Position numbers and translations under genes: made by a program. A stretch of 64,000 bases of DNA from Felis catus (lineage: Eukaryota). This document shows, piece after piece, positions 1-16,911 of this stretch. The number at the start of each line of letters is the position of its first letter. Position 1 is the first letter of the stretch. Location of the stretch: positions 58,964,001 to 59,028,000 of the forward strand of contig NC_058382.1 of NCBI RefSeq assembly GCF_018350175.1. Direction: 5' to 3'. The notes beneath the pieces were generated by a model. That model made no database searches. It saw only the letters and a program-made list of their open reading frames with translations, and had not been told where the DNA came from.

Positions 1-2320
<2,320 letters not shown>

Positions 2321-3334
2321 TAGCCCCCAGCCTGGCCAAGTAGGCCCCTTCCTCGCCAAAAAAGACTCAGACCCCGATGTTTTACATCCCTTTGGGTCCT
2401 CAGCCCCCTCACACACCTCAGCAAGTTCCCAGGATATGGAGCGGGAGCCCGGCCCTGGCCGCCCGGCTCCGTAGTCCCCACCGGAAAGCTGCCTGGGCCG
2501 AGAGGGAGAGTTAGGCCCCAAGCTGCCTGGGCCGGGTGTTCAGAGGCCCAGCACGCTGGGCTCCTGGGGAACCAGGCCTGGCCTTGGGAATGTCGGGTTG
2601 GGGCACATTTTGTGGTGACAAAGGCACACAGGGGCTGTGGCCAGGCCCAGACCAAGTTAGAGGTGCAGGCCCCACAGACTCTTTGTTTCAGAGCTCCGGG
2701 CTTTCTGTTCCCCAGGTACCCTCCTCCTCACCCCTCCAAGGAGGACGCCTCCAAGGGGGAACAGCTTCCCGCCCGGCACCCTCCTCTGGCACCCGCCAGC
2801 CTCCCTGGGTCTGGTTCTGGAAAGGGCTCGGAGGAGCTACGCGGGGCCTGTCAGGGCTCAGCTGTCAGCCGCCCAAGGGAGGCAGGAGCCAGCCTGGAGG
2901 CTGGAGGGCCACCCCTCTGCGGGGATGGCCCTGCTTCAGACTCCCGGCTCTGGCTGCCTCTCTTCACCCTGGGGCGGGGGGGGGGGGCAGGGGGCCCTTC
3001 TCCAAGGGGCTCTTCCCCTGGAGAAGCCTCCCGTCGTCGTGTACCAGGGCCTCGCAGCCTTTGGGGTTGGGAGGCGGGTGCCCCGGCACCGGGCACAGGC
3101 CTTGGGCTGGCCCTGGAGGTGGAGGCCAGGCTGTCCTTGCGGTCTCCTGGCCCGCGGCGGCCCCCTCACCCCTTCCCCTGTGGCCTCAGGAAGCCCCAGC
3201 CCCAGACTTGGTGACGGAGGCGGAGGAGGCCCAGGCCGCGGCACCCGGGAAACAGTGCTTGTCACTGGGGTCCCGGGATCTCCTGCTGGAGCACAGAGTC
3301 CGGCCCGAACCCCGGGCCGCCCGAACCCGCCTGA

Positions 3335-3643
<309 letters not shown>

Positions 3644-4945
3644 GACCACAGCCCGCGGGGCCCTCTGGGCACGGGCGGCCTGGCCCGGGGACCCGGAACC
3701 CGTCGCAGAAACTGCTCTATTCTTGAGGTATAACCGTACGCAGAAGACAAGGGTCTGACCCCTACCCACCCGGATTATTTGGAAAGGAGTCCCCAAGGCA
3801 AAGGAAGAGCCAGCTCGGCGGCACCCACTCCCTCAAAAAATTAACAAGTGGTGGCTGAGGGGCCTGGTCTGACTGCAGCTGTTGGTAAATAAAAATCTAT
3901 TTTTGAACCAGTTGAAGCCGGCTGAGAAGGTGCTGTGCTGGGGGAAACCCTCGACACCCAAACAAGAAAGCAGCTGAGGTCTCTCCCGGCCTTCCCTCCA
4001 GCGGCGAAGGTGGGGGAAGGCTTTCGGAAGAAAGGCAAACATGTGAGACCGTCATTATCAAATACTTTTATATTTTGGTTGAGTATTTATCTTTTTACTT
4101 TTACTTTTTTTTTTTTTGGAAAGAATGTCTTGGAACACACAAGTCTCCTCTCAGAGCCGTGTTTCCAGGGGTGGGGGGGGGCAAGAAATCACGTCTCCCT
4201 CCCCATCTCAGAAGCCCTCTGGCGACCGCAGGTGGACCTTGGCGCGGACTTGCATTTCTGAAGCCACTGTTCTTCGTACAAAAGGAAACCAGGAGCCCCG
4301 ACGACGCAGGGCTCGGCCCGTCCCCTCCGCCCTCCTCTGCCTTCTCTACAGTCCTCTTGGTTTTGTCTCGAGTTGCATTTCGACTTTTTCAGCGGGGGTT
4401 TTTCTCACGAGACCCGACTGTCTCCTGATCTCTACGATCTCTACTGTACTGCGTGCCCCTTGGGAGCGCGAGGGGAGCCCGGCACGGCGCGGGGGCAGGG
4501 AAGGCCGGTGAGCGCACGGATTCAGGATCGCGGTGACACAGGAAGGTTAAGGCACTTTTTAAACTATAGCAAAAGGCTCATTCTGTTATTTATTCTTCTC
4601 TTTTCCCTGACAATCGAAACACCGCATAGGCTCCTCCGTTTATCAGTATTAATGGTGTAACTTTGTTGGCAATATTTGCCGCATAGAATTTTTTTTTTTT
4701 AGAGATCCATTGTAAATTTGAAACAAAGTCCGATCTGTGTAAAAACAAATTTCCATATGTTTATATAAATATATATATAAAATGAAGGACTACCCCTCCT
4801 TTTTTTTTTTTTTTTTTTTTTTTAGTATTATGGCTGCTGGGGTGCAGCATTTGTGACCGTATTTTAAATTTCCTTCTGCACTGTAGAAAATGACAATTTG
4901 AGGATGTTTTGCCTTTTGTGTATTTTTTCCTAAAAAAAGAACAAA

Positions 4946-5002
4946 AATAAAAATGTGTAACATTTGTACATGGCCTTTAACATTGTATCAACCAGAAATA
5001 AA
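4946..5002 (+). terminator. FOXF1 polyadenylation signals (AATAAA at 4946-4951 and 4997-5002)
   Basis: Two AATAAA hexamers at the end of an AU-rich 3' UTR containing several TGTA motifs. Confidence 0.7.
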
Positions 5003-8000
5003 ATCGCATGAGTATTTTATCGGGATTGGGATCGTAGAATATCTTCCAAGCCCCAAAATCTACACAGAAACCAGCCTGGAACCTCTAGACTTGTTTTGTA
5101 TTTAAAATATGGGGGATTCTGAATACTTTTCCCCCCTTTTCTCTCTCTCTGTCTCTTTTCTATTCCTCCTCTTTCCATCCTTCACTTCGCGTTGAAATGA
5201 AATCTGGACACGAGGAGCTATTTTTCTTGGCTTCTGTTTTTAAGAAGAGCCTCTGCCGCTCTAAATGTCATTTCTCGTTTTAAAGAAATAACCAAATGTT
5301 GAAAGAAAAACTGTACTCTTCTTTCTTCCCCCAGGGAAAACCATATATATAAAAGTAGAACTATGATATGTTGGCTTTTGTTTTTCCACCTTCTTTTGCC
5401 ACCAGTGGGAGTTTTACTTCGAGTGTCAGACTTCAATGGTCCCGTAGTCAGGCTGTTATAAATTGTGAGGCAACTTTAAGGCTTTTCGTGGGGCTTTTGT
5501 TGTTGTTTTTGTCTTGTTTGGTGTTCCACACTTGGTTTTCCCCAACTGAGAAGTGAGTAAAATTTAAGCCAGAAAAGGGCCATCGCTGGGAGAGCAAGGT
5601 GACAAACATTGCCATTCGCGAACATTCCCCCTCGAGTCACTGGGGGGTGGGGAGCACTGTTTAAAAACCTGTGTCTCCAGCCGACCACCCTCTTTCCACT
5701 GCCGTCCCTGCCCACCTAAGAAAACAAACACAATAAAGTCCCATTGTCGGGCGGCCATGCCAGGACCCACCGCAGTTTCTGCGCGTCGTGGGGTCGCGAG
5801 CCTCTGAACCTGGTTCTTCTCAAATTTGACATTTTGGACGTGAGGGTAATTTCTCCAGTGCTCGGTTACATCAAAATTATCAAACTCGCCCAGGCAATTA
5901 ATGTCCCAAACGAACCGCTGTCTATAAAATGAGATAAAGGGTACAGGAAAAGGCCGGCGACTTCACCCTGGGGCTCTGGTGAAGCGTCGGGGGCGGGGGT
6001 CTCCCCGGCGGCACAGCCCTCTGTCTCCAGCACGCGCCTGGCCCTGCGCTGCGGGAGTGGGTGCCCGGTGAGCAGAGAAGGCACGGTCCTCTTGGGCTGG
6101 AGGCCACTGGGGCAGCCACCGGTGCCCGAGAAAACGAGGCCGGGCCGGAGAAAATCCCCCGGGCCTCCAGCGCAGGAATGTTGGGCTGCGTTCACATCCA
6201 GGCAACTTCCGCAGGCGAGAGCGGGTCTCGTCCTCCCTCCCGCGCTGCTCCGCGGAGACTGCGCCCCAATTAGAACCAAGGCTCCGGGAAGCGGGGCTGA
6301 TTAGGAGAAACCCAACGCCAGCCCAGCCAGCGAGCTCCCGAGTCTCCGGCCGTGGCTCCAGCCTCCGCGCCCACTCATGTGGTCCCTTGGTGCGCCAGAG
6401 ACCTCGTGCGCGCCGGCTGTGCTTGGCTTTGGCGCCTCTGGGCCAGAGGCCGGGGCGGAGGTGAGCCCCGCTTCACCTCCCCGAGGACACCTGTGTCTCT
6501 ACAGGCCCTCCCAGCGCTCCCACGCCCCAGCTGGCTGCGGGGGAGGCACGCAGAGGGGACTGTGCAGGAAAACCGGCCAGGGAGCCCCAGGATGGGGCCT
6601 GGCCTCTGTCTCCCAGTCTGACCAGGGGCCTGGGGGTGAGAGAAAAGCCTTCCCAGCGAGGAGAGCCCGGCCCAGAAAGGGCCTGAACACTGCAGCAAAA
6701 CTGTCTCCAGACCCATGTTCGAGACTGCACACCGCCCTGCTGCCACAGGTGACTCACAGAACGGGCTTGCTTGGCATGTGCCCCCCCGCCCCCGCAGGGC
6801 CCATTTCAGCCCCGGTGTGCACAGAGGCCACGGAGCTCCCACGTGCACCCCCACAAAAGCGTGTGTACGCAGGTTACAATCTTAAACTGCAAAGGCGTTT
6901 CCGAGAGCCTGGTGTCAAACCACCCCCGCTGTGCATGTAAACAGCCTCCTGGGTAGAATTAATCCAGACGCCCCTGAGCATACCTCAGGGGGGCGGTCCT
7001 GGACCCTAAGTGCATGAATTCCCCCCAATATCAAAACACCTGGACGTGGGGAGGGGCCAGGAATTACACCATAATGTTTCTGTTTGTGGGTCACACATCG
7101 CAGGAACTCCAGGGTTCTGCTGGGGGTGGGGGGACTGGCGTCCTGGGCGCGCCCAACAGCCTCCTGGCGGCCCGGTCCCAGGCAGCAGGAAACTGCAGGC
7201 CCAGCCGGGCAGGCGTCACCCCATCCCTGGAGCTCACCTCTGATCCACATCTGCCCCCCCCCCCCCCGCCTGAAGGCACTCAGGTATGCGCTTCTGATGG
7301 GGGAAAGTGCCTGGCCCACCAAAGCCCATCCGTCCCAGTTTTCTCTTCCCTTTGGGGCTGGACAGCTGGGGACAAAGAGGGGGTGGTCCACAAGGGCCTG
7401 GCTCCCCAGGCTTCCAGGCTCCCAGCAGCCATCAGGCATCCCAGAGGGAGCAGACAGAGAGAGCTAGAGTCCCTGTTCTGCCACCATCTAACCCGGGTAA
7501 GGTGCATCGCCTCTGAGCCTCAGTTTCCTTATCTGTCCTCATGACCCATGAAGGGCAGTGGTTGATGAGATGATGGTCTTCGGGAGCAAACGGAATGACC
7601 TCGCTCTGTGGTGCCCAGACGGGAGTGGCCATGAGACCCACGCGTGGCTCGCCCTGCTTCCTAGAGATCCAGGGGGGGCAGGTGGGGGTGGGTGCCACTC
7701 AAGATGCAAGGGCCCTCTGCTCAGGGGTTCCCACTGAGCACTCCGTTCGGGAACCGCTGAGCTCCCCATCTTCTAGCACGCGCCCCAGGACGGACTGCCC
7801 GCCCTTCCCACGGAGGACCTCCTAACCTCCAGGCCAGAAGACCCCTGAGCCCTGCGACCGCATTTCTGATGGTGACTCTGAGTGTGGAACCGCCCTCATC
7901 AGAAACACTTGGGGTGTCTGCTGAAACCACAGATCGGCGGGTCGGCGGGGGGGCGGGTCGGCGGGGGGCGGGCTGACACCCACTCGATTCGACTCTCTGG

Positions 8001-11000
8001 AGTCAGGACCCAGGATTTTCACAGATTTCCAGGGGGTCCTGGCAAGTGCCGAGTCTGAGAGTCTCCTCTAGTGTCTCTGGGCTCCTGGGAAAAGCCTCGG
8101 TGAGGTCGGCTCAGAGTGGCCTCTGCTGCCCCCTCCTGCCCCGCGAAGGCAGCGGCTCTGAGCGCCAGCAGCGGTGAGGGCCGAGGGCCGAGGGCCCACG
8201 GAGGGAAGGGGAGCCCGGGCAAGCAACCCCCTTCCCACACGCGCCTGGTCCTTCTTGGGGTTCCCTTAGGGAGGGCCTAGGACGACTCCTGCCTTGCACA
8301 GCAGAAACCCGTCAGGGGGCTTGCTCCAGACCCTGCTGACAACAGCTGGAATCTGGACTCAGACGCAAAGCCCATGTCCCTAAAGCACCGCGCTCCATGG
8401 CTCCCGGGCACCCACTTTCCTCCAGCCACCAGCCTGGTGAAAAGGGGCGAGTTGAAGTGCGGTCCATAAGCAGCCTCTGCTGGGGTCTCGGGACACCCCG
8501 TGCCTGGCGCCGGGGGTGTGGGTCATGCGGATGGGGTGGGGGGAGACTGGCCCAGCAGCACCAGCTCACATCTCTGACATCCAGCTCCCTTCTGGTGAAA
8601 CAGACTTGGATCTCATGGGTTTCCACCCCACACCCCCCACGGCAGCCCCCTTCACTTCCCTGGCCCCCTGCGCTTCTCTGCTCTGCTTCTGGAATCTTCT
8701 GGGCTGTTTCAAGGAGGGAGGTCTTTGCTGGCCGTCTCCGGCAGAGAAGCCTTGCCCACTCATGAAGGGACACGGCTGGATTTCAGGACTGAGGCAAACC
8801 ACAGGCCTTTCCCAACGTTGACGCGTGTGCTCCAGGGATGGGGACGTCTACAGGTGTGACAGGAAGACCACCACAGACACTGGGCACCTGCGTGTGTCTG
8901 CCCTCGCCTGGGGCTAGATTCAGTGGCACCTACACCCCAGTCATCACGGGTCTGCAGCACCAGGACCCTTGGGGTTGCGTCGACATCCTGGGGAGATGCC
9001 ACCAAGGCCGGGGCACCCCTGGGCCCCGAGCGGAGGCAGGAAGCCCCCGCTGTGAGCACAGTCGGCGAGGGGCCTGCTCCAACTCTCAGAGTGTAGGCTT
9101 TCTGCGTGGTTGTGCAGCGAAGGTGTAGGCCACACCCGGTGGCCTCGGGACAGTGGTCTGGGGAGAGACAGTGACAAGCCTCTCCCAGCATCTTATTAAA
9201 ACTATCACGCCATGGCGGGTGCAGGGACCACGTGTCCTCCCGTGTCTGGGGCTTATGGCCACAGAGAAGCGAGCCAGGTCCTCAGATACCCTCTGAAAAA
9301 GGGTAAAGACGCGTCTGTATTGGGAAATCCCCCCAAAGCAAGCCATGCAGCAGCACACGTCTCTGGGCCCTGCTGCAACCCCACGTGGTCACGGCTCGCG
9401 TGCAGCAGGGAGGGCTGGGCCATCTCCGTCCGAACGGCCGGAGGCCTGGCGAGGGGGTTCTGGTTAGCTTTCCAGGGGTCTTCGCTAGGGTGCCTTCCCC
9501 AGGGGGAGGGTCAGGGGACCCTCCTCGGAGAGGAGAGGCGGCCGCCGGCCCCAGGAAGCGACCCCGACCGTCTCTCCACGGGGCGGCAGCGCCACCTGCC
9601 GTTCACCGCGCGGAGTCTGTGTTGGGACAGCAGCCGGCCTCACGACAAACCCACGGAAAACCGGAAAACCGATGCCACCAGATCGTGGACAGCAGACGTG
9701 CCCCCATGAACCCGATTTCGAGGAGTCAGGCCCTTTGATCTGTGTTAAGGGAGGAAAGGGCCAAACTAAACCAAGGAGGTCTCTTCCTAATCACAGGAGT
9801 TGTTTAAAACCAACCAACCTTGGAAAGGTAAAAAGAGGGAGCCAACGCCGCCTCAAACCCTACCCCGAGACAGCTGTGCCGGTCCCGAGAGAGGGCCCTG
9901 TACGCACAGACCCCAGGGCTCCTGAGAAGCAGATGGCGAAGGCTGTAGCCGAGAGGGCAGGAGTCAGAGGGCCCGAGTTCAAGTCCTGACGCTCCCTCTT
10001 CCCGTGAGTGCCGGCAGGCGCTTCTGCTCCCCGTGCCTCGGCCTCCCCACCCGTGTGGCGGGGGTGCTGGTAGGAGCACGTCTCTCGAAGCCCTGGTGGG
10101 CAGCTTAGGTGAACTAAAGGCCGTGCAGAGCTTCCGGTGACGGAGAGGGAAGGCGCGTCACCTGAGAAGGCACAGCTGCGCCACGTCAGAGCTGCACTCG
10201 CCGCCAATCCCGTGTGCCCGGCTTCACCACCACACGCCTCAACCACCAAGTCATCTCTCTGGGGTCCCCACGAGCCACCGTGGCTTGCAGTCCCCCCCGG
10301 GGCCCTGCTGGTGGCCCAAAGGGGATCCAGCAGCGTGTCCCCAGGGGACGGGTCCGGCCTCGCCCTGTCTCCCCCACCCGGGAACGGGGAGCCTAAGGGT
10401 ACACGCCTCGTGGGGTCCTTCCGAGGGCTGAACAAGTTCACCCGCCCTCTGAGGAGGGGAGGCGTGTGTGGTTTGCTCAGAACCCGGCACTTGGGGCCTG
10501 AGTTTATTGCTTCCAAACCATCCACAGTGCAAAGTGTCCACGTCACATGGTCACAGGTCAGCTCCCATTTTAGCCTTTGTGATTTAGGGACACCGAAAAC
10601 AAAGGGCTCCATCCACAGGAAGGAATCCTGGCCCGCCAGAGGCACGGGAGTGTGTGCCCGTCTGCAGGGCTGTCCAGGCGGTCTCTGGTGAGAACCCAGA
10701 CGACGACAGGGACCGGCCAAGTGGCTGGGGCCCCCGGGGGCCGGGGGGTCCAGAGGGGCTTTGCCGCACACCAGCAACAGGCCGCCGCTGCCCCCTCGCC
10801 TACCAATGCCGCGAGGCACGGGTGACTCCAGGCAGCAGAGGCCGCGCTGGCTCGGCGCCCATCACACCAGGGGCTCGCCACGGGTGGGGGGAGCTGCTTA
10901 GCGACGCGCAGATGGGCTCCAAGGGCAGCAGGAAGTCTGGACACAGAGCCACGGCACCCGGGCCCGCACGCTTCCGGATTGAGCAGGCCTCTGGCATGCC

Positions 11001-11783
11001 GCAGGGAGATCACACCTCCCCCGTTCCCCTTCCGGAAAATGCCTCGGGTGACCAGGTGAAGGCGGGCCACAGGCACGGAGACGCACAGAGGGCGCTGGCG
11101 TAGTCTGTGATCAGTGCCTAAGACTCCACCTCACGACTGACCAGCGGGGGGCTGAGGGCAGGTGGATTGCGGTCTGTGAACAGGGCCCCCCCCAGAAGCG
11201 GTAGTGAGGACTTAGTGAAATTCGGCATTCGCTTATCCACACACGTAACTTGTGTTTACAGATTTTACCTTCGATGACACGTGTGAATACGTAGAATCTA
11301 TATACGAATAGCACAATATGAACATTATACAACTGATTACTCCGAACAGCAGATCACCCTCCAAACCTGAAGCGGCAAAAATCCCCCGTCTCGCTCCCGC
11401 CTGCGATTTGGGCAGGGCTCAGCAGAGCGCCCGTCTCTGCCCCAGGAGACGACAGCTGAGCCGGCGCATCCGGGGCCGGGGGACCCCCTTCCAAGGTGGT
11501 GCTCCTGCAAGGCTGGTGAGGGGGTGAGGTCAGTTCCTCTCCGTGTGGGCCTCACCCTGGGCAGCCGGGGGCTTCCTCACCGCATGGTGGCTGGGCCCCG
11601 ACAGCCGGTGTCAGCCTCCTCCTGCAAGCTGGCGGTCACTCCTGCCACAGCCAATTAACCACACTGTCCCAGAGCCTGGACTCAAGGGACGGACACAACG
11701 GACACTTCTCTCAATAGGAGGAGTGTCGGAAAAACTCGGGGCCACATTTTACAACTTTCACAGCATTTAAAACAGCTCAATAT

Positions 11784-11907
11784 GGGGCTCCTGGCTGGCT
11801 CAGTCGGTAGAGCGTGTGACTCTCAAAATTGTGGTTGTGAGTTCAAGCCCCATGCTGGGGATAGAGATTACTTTTAAAAAATCCTAAAAAAAAAAAAAAA
11901 AAAAGAT
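11784..11907 (+). mobile_element. Short tRNA-derived carnivore SINE with poly(A) tail
   Basis: Head ggggctcctggctggctcagtcggtagagc (A box), gagttcaagccc (B box), A tail. Imperfect TSD aaaacagctcaat (11769) / aaaatagctccat (11908). Confidence 0.85.
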
Positions 11908-13627
11908 AAAATAGCTCCATCAATTCGAGCCATTACTAGGAGGGCAACAACAGCAGACAATATAAGCCAGTCTAGGTGAGGATGCTGTCCCCTCCCTCAG
12001 CTGGGAGAGAAAAGGGGGAAGGGGGTCAGGTAGGCAGCAGCCATTAAAGAATGACCTTGGGAAGTGACTGTATCTTCACCTACCCAGTAACCTCCTCCTC
12101 TTGCTTTTGTCTGGGGTTGTGTGTAGGATTTATTTTGAGGCTTCCCTTGGGACCCCGCCGCCTTCAAAAATTGTTTTTGAAAATGACTAGAGTCCTTAAG
12201 TTTTAGGACTATTTGGGACACTGGTTGGATTAGACCCAGATAAAGGGGAAGGGAATTTAGCAATCCCTATTTCTGCTGGGGGCCGGGGGTGTGAGAACCA
12301 GAATAAACATTTTGGAAACCGAGTCAGGTGCAAGCCAGGTGTCTCCTGGGGCCGCGGGGTAAAGCAGATGAGAACACTGCTCCCCGGGAAGATTAGAGGT
12401 GGCAGAGGGAAGGGAAGGAATCCTCACTTGCGCTCCACTGTCCCGGGCCCAGTAAGATCATCCGGCCCTGGCCGCTGGTGTGCAGGGGGAGGTCTGCCGT
12501 GGTGTGAGCACAGATGGAGCGGCGGGCCCCGGGCGGACCAGCCCTGGACCCGGTTAGCGGTTCTCTCTGCTCTCCCCTAACGTGTCTTCCCCTGTCCAGC
12601 GTCCCGTCGCCTGTGCTGGCTCCTCGGGCACATCTGTCCTCAGCCCTCTTACCTGCGGTCCTGTGTTGTCACAGGTCTCCTTCCCCTTATGTGGTGTCTG
12701 GGGTGAGGCATGTGCGGGTCACGGGATGACAAGCACCGAGGGGCCACGTAAGGCCCCGGGAGGGTGGGCAGGCCCCTCCTCCTGAGGGCTGGCAGGGCAG
12801 GCTGCTGCCCAGCAACCGGGGCACAAGCCGCACTGTCCTAGCGACTTCCCTTCCCCTTTTTAGAAGTAGGACGAAGTTGGGCGTCTGCCCCCAAACATCA
12901 CCGAAAGGCAAAGAATCTTCTGTTTTATCAACTCTGCTTGGGGGCAGCTGGACTCACGGGCTTTCGAGCATTTAAGAGGCCGTCTGGCAGCCTTACAAAA
13001 GCTACTCCTACTCAATACGCATGGGTTGATCTTGCACTTGGAGGAGTACTCCTCAGAGAGCTCCCGGCGGACGGCGCGTCTGGACTCTGTACGAACCAGG
13101 ACCCGACACCCCAACGGGGAGCAGAGGAGTAGGTTCCTCCCTCCACTCAGGGTCTGTCTCTTAGGACGCCCCCCCCCCCATCCCGACACTACAGGTGGGA
13201 GAGCACACTCTCTTGAATTACCCTCGGATTCTCTCGCGTTTCCTCCCACATTTACATCTCTGACTGGCCTGGGGCTCCCTCGGCAGGGAGGTGCGCCTTC
13301 GAAACCACAGATCCTACGCGAGTCCTCCCTCCCTCTGCAGTTACTCTCTCGCTGCGGATTCCCACCTGCTTCAGAAAACTTTCTGTTCCGCTGCACTGCT
13401 ACGCGGACTCCGTGCTGCTCCCCTCTCCTCCCCTCCCCTGCCGGGCGCCATCAGGGACAGGATATCTCACCAGGGGGAGAACTCTTTATACTACTGAACC
13501 CCGCAGCTATAGCACACAGCGTGTCCTTTTACTCAGACCTCTCCTCTTTCTTTCAGGAACCTTTTAGAATTTCGTCCATCCGGGCACTGGACGGCTCATT
13601 AGGTGTGTGCCAAGCACTTCAGTTTTG

Positions 13628-13649
13628 CTGCTGCTGCTGCTGCTGCTGC
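13628..13649. repeat. (CTG)n microsatellite, about 7 units
   Basis: ctgctgctgctgctgctgctgc. Confidence 0.9.
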
Positions 13650-13964
13650 ATCGAAAGGCGTTCAGGAAGTCACGGTCACTGTGGGGGAAGGCCACGGATT
13701 TACATGCTTCCGTTGGTTTCGCCTTTGAAGACTTTCTCCAGGCGAAGTCAAATCTTTCTTCAGCTAAAGAACATTTCGGTTTATTTCTCCCACTGTTTCG
13801 TACTTCCCTCCCCTGTTCCCTCTGCACTGGTGTCAGGAGAGTCCCGGGCCTTAACCTTCCGGCTCGTGTGTGCATCTATTCTGACCTTAGTTGGACTAAG
13901 CTTACGATGTTTTCATTGCTAAGAACTGTTTCTTGTTTTTTTTCCCTTACCGGCTTGCGGGTTC

Positions 13965-14114
13965 TATCTATCATCTATCTATCTGTCTATTTAAAAGAGG
14001 GTTCACGCCCAGGGAGGAGCCCAGCTTGGAGCCTGAACTCAACACCCTGAGATCAAGACCTGAGCTGAGGTCAAGAATCAGACGCTTAACTGACCGCGAC
14101 ACCCAGGCGCCCCC
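13965..14114 (-). mobile_element. Carnivore SINE, partial
   Basis: Reverse-complement SINE head (...gagatcaagacctgagctgagg...gacgcttaactgacc...cccaggcgcccc). Confidence 0.8.
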
Positions 14115-16911
14115 AGTTTATTCTTTTAACGGATAAGACGGCTTTCGAACCACCTTCTGATTCCCGTACTGGCGGTTGTGCAAGGGCTGGATGCGGTTTT
14201 GAGATGCCGACCGTCCGCAGACCACCGGGGCCTCGGGCACATGTCATCTGTGGCGGCCCCCTCTGCTGGAGGGCGCACGTGCGGCTTACCTGAGCGGGGG
14301 CTCCTCAGGCGCCCGGCCACAGCCTCTTCTCCTGTCCTCCTGCTTCTTGCCAGAGGACTTTCTCCTCCAGGTCACGTCTTCCAGCACAAAATTCAATGCT
14401 AAACCAGGTGTCTGCGCTTTTAAGAGACATCTTCACCTGACTCACTTGAGAGCAGAGCAGAAAAGGGCAAAAACTGACTCGACTTTTTCAAAGGAGCGTG
14501 GAAACCGTTTTCTCAGATCTCCCAGAATGGAGCAGGTGCTGCCTGGGACCCGCTTGCTTCGCGGAGTGAATCTGTCCTTCACACCTCACCTGTCAGGTCC
14601 CTCCACGTGGAGACAGCCTTCCAAAGGCCCTGTGTTCATCTCTTTATTCACCTGAAGTGGATCTCCAACGGGAGGGACTGTTTCCAGCTCAATGATCTGG
14701 TCATCGGGAGGCTGGGGAGGGGCCTGGCCATGGCTTCTCAGGCCGAGGAACATAGGTCGCGCGCGCCTTCCTCTGTTCCAGGGGGAAGCCCGTAAGCCAG
14801 GGCCAGACCGCACGACAGCCGGCCGCCTCCGGGGCAGAAAGAGCTGCTTCTCCCGGGCCTTTCTAGCTGCTGTGCCCAACGCCCCTCACAAAGGTGCTCT
14901 CCGGCAAGCTCAGCGTCGCTGCCACCCTGCCTGCTTCCACTGGTCTCAGCATCCAGGACTGTCGCCTGGGATGACTCCTGGGACAGCTCTAGGGCCGTCG
15001 CCACCATCACTGATACCCGAGCCTCGGGAGCAAGAGGCTGGGACACTGAGCACCCGCCTTATACTCTGAGTGCCCTTCCTGGTGGCCCTGAGAGACTGGC
15101 ACTCCCAGGCCTGCCCACAGCAGGAGGAGGAGAAAAGGCGTTGTAGGCTGGTACGTTCAGGGTGCTTCTATCTCAGGCACTTGGGTCTTGGGTTTTGCTT
15201 GTACTGATCTATTTCCCACAAATATAAAAATGGTGAACTCACTTGGATTATTATCTGCATTTCAACATATCTGGATTATTCTGGATGCAACGGACAGAGA
15301 AGCCAAGCAAGCTGGCCTAACTGGGAGGGATGATGCCATAGCCCAAGGCAGGCTGGTGTCCAATTGCTGTGATCAGGCACGTTCCTCCCCCAGCCCACCG
15401 CCCCCCCCACCCCCACCCCCCGTTGGCTCTGACGCACCCATGCCCGTATCCCATGTTTCCCAGGCTGCGTATCCACCAGCTGTCCTCACGGCTGGGACAC
15501 AGCACGGGGCGAATAGGACAGCCACACGCTCAGCTCCCGGTCTCCTGGAGCACTGGTCTAATGATGACAGATCGACGACAACAAAGTCCACGAGGACTAA
15601 ACGAGAATATGTCAAATACCGGGAAAATTTATGGAAAAAAGACAGGAGAAACAAGGCAGAAAAGCAAAACAAAAAACCGCGACGAGTCAGACGACCAGAC
15701 GGCTGCTCTGGGTGAGCGGGTCAGGTTCAGCCTCTAACATCTGAGCCGGGCGCTGGGTGACGAAGCAAAAGGCAGCCACAAGGGTGGGGTGGGCGGTGCA
15801 GGTGGGAAGAGAGAGCCCAGAAGATCTTTCCGCCCTTCGTTTGATTCCTGACGCCTTGGGAAAGGAGCCTACATTTACTGAGCGATCTCAGGGCAGGCTT
15901 TTCCGACGTCTCCACGGTATTTTCGTTGTAAAGCCAATGAGAAAGTGCTTTGGCGAGGGAGACCGAGTGCCTCAAGGTTTTCTTGAAAGCACACGCAAGC
16001 CAGGCCCTCCTGAGGTGTAACAATGTGCTTGCAACGTGCCCAGTACTACCTGCTGGTGAAAAAACTAAAATTTCTCACGTGTATACATTAAAAAAAAAAA
16101 AATCTCCATGTAAATGCTTTCTTTGACTTTTTGCCCAGGATCCACTGCAAAAGTGCTTCTGTTTAGAAAGCATAGTTCAGCCAAAATCCAGTTTGCTTTT
16201 TAGGAAAAGTGGAGGGAAAAAACCAAGAAACGTGGGGCATTAGGCAAATCGGCATGAGCGTCTGTCACTGTCTGTGACACAGGCTGGGACAGCTCATTCT
16301 CCATGGCGGGTACCTCCTACAAGACCATGTGGAGTGGAGGGTGTTCTCCCGGACGGAGGGGCGAGGCCGGAGAGGCAAGGAGGGCAGAGCAGTGAGGTGC
16401 GTACCGCCCCCCAGTCACACAGGCTCTCCGTCACGGACGCCAGCGCCAAGTTGTGACAAACAGCCGCACCCAGGAGACCGCGCTTGTTGGCTTCTGCGAC
16501 TTGAACACAGCTCTCCCCCTGCGGTGGTTCCAGACCCAGGATCCCAGGACAGCAGGGCGTGTACCTGCCCCTGACCCCTGCCAGGGCCTCACCCCTTACT
16601 CCCCCTCCCCCCAACCACAAACCCCTGGCTGTCACCGTTTACTCCGACTCGGTCCCCTGCGGCCTCTGAATAACCAGAGAAGCCAGTGTGGTGGCAACAC
16701 CAGGCAGGTTACGGGACGCAGACACAGCAGGGCTGGGACATGTCGGCCGTGAGCTACTGGCTGACTCTCTACTCGTCAGGAGGTCCTGGGCAGTGACACA
16801 AGGCCGGGCCATCCTGGAGAGGCCTGGGCCCAAAGCCGCTCACACAGCAACGCTCTGCCGAGTCCTGCTGCCACGCCCCTCAAGTTCCACGGGGACCGGA
16901 GCAGCGCCCCA

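Noticed and set aside
11784..11860. tRNA gene (also 25348-25425)
   Set aside because: A and B boxes are present, but with a poly(A) tail, TSDs and a degenerate cloverleaf; these are SINEs.
13780..14648. MTHFSD poly(A) signal candidates (- strand AATAAA at 14643, 14117, 13780)
   Set aside because: Cannot choose among them without 3'-end data.
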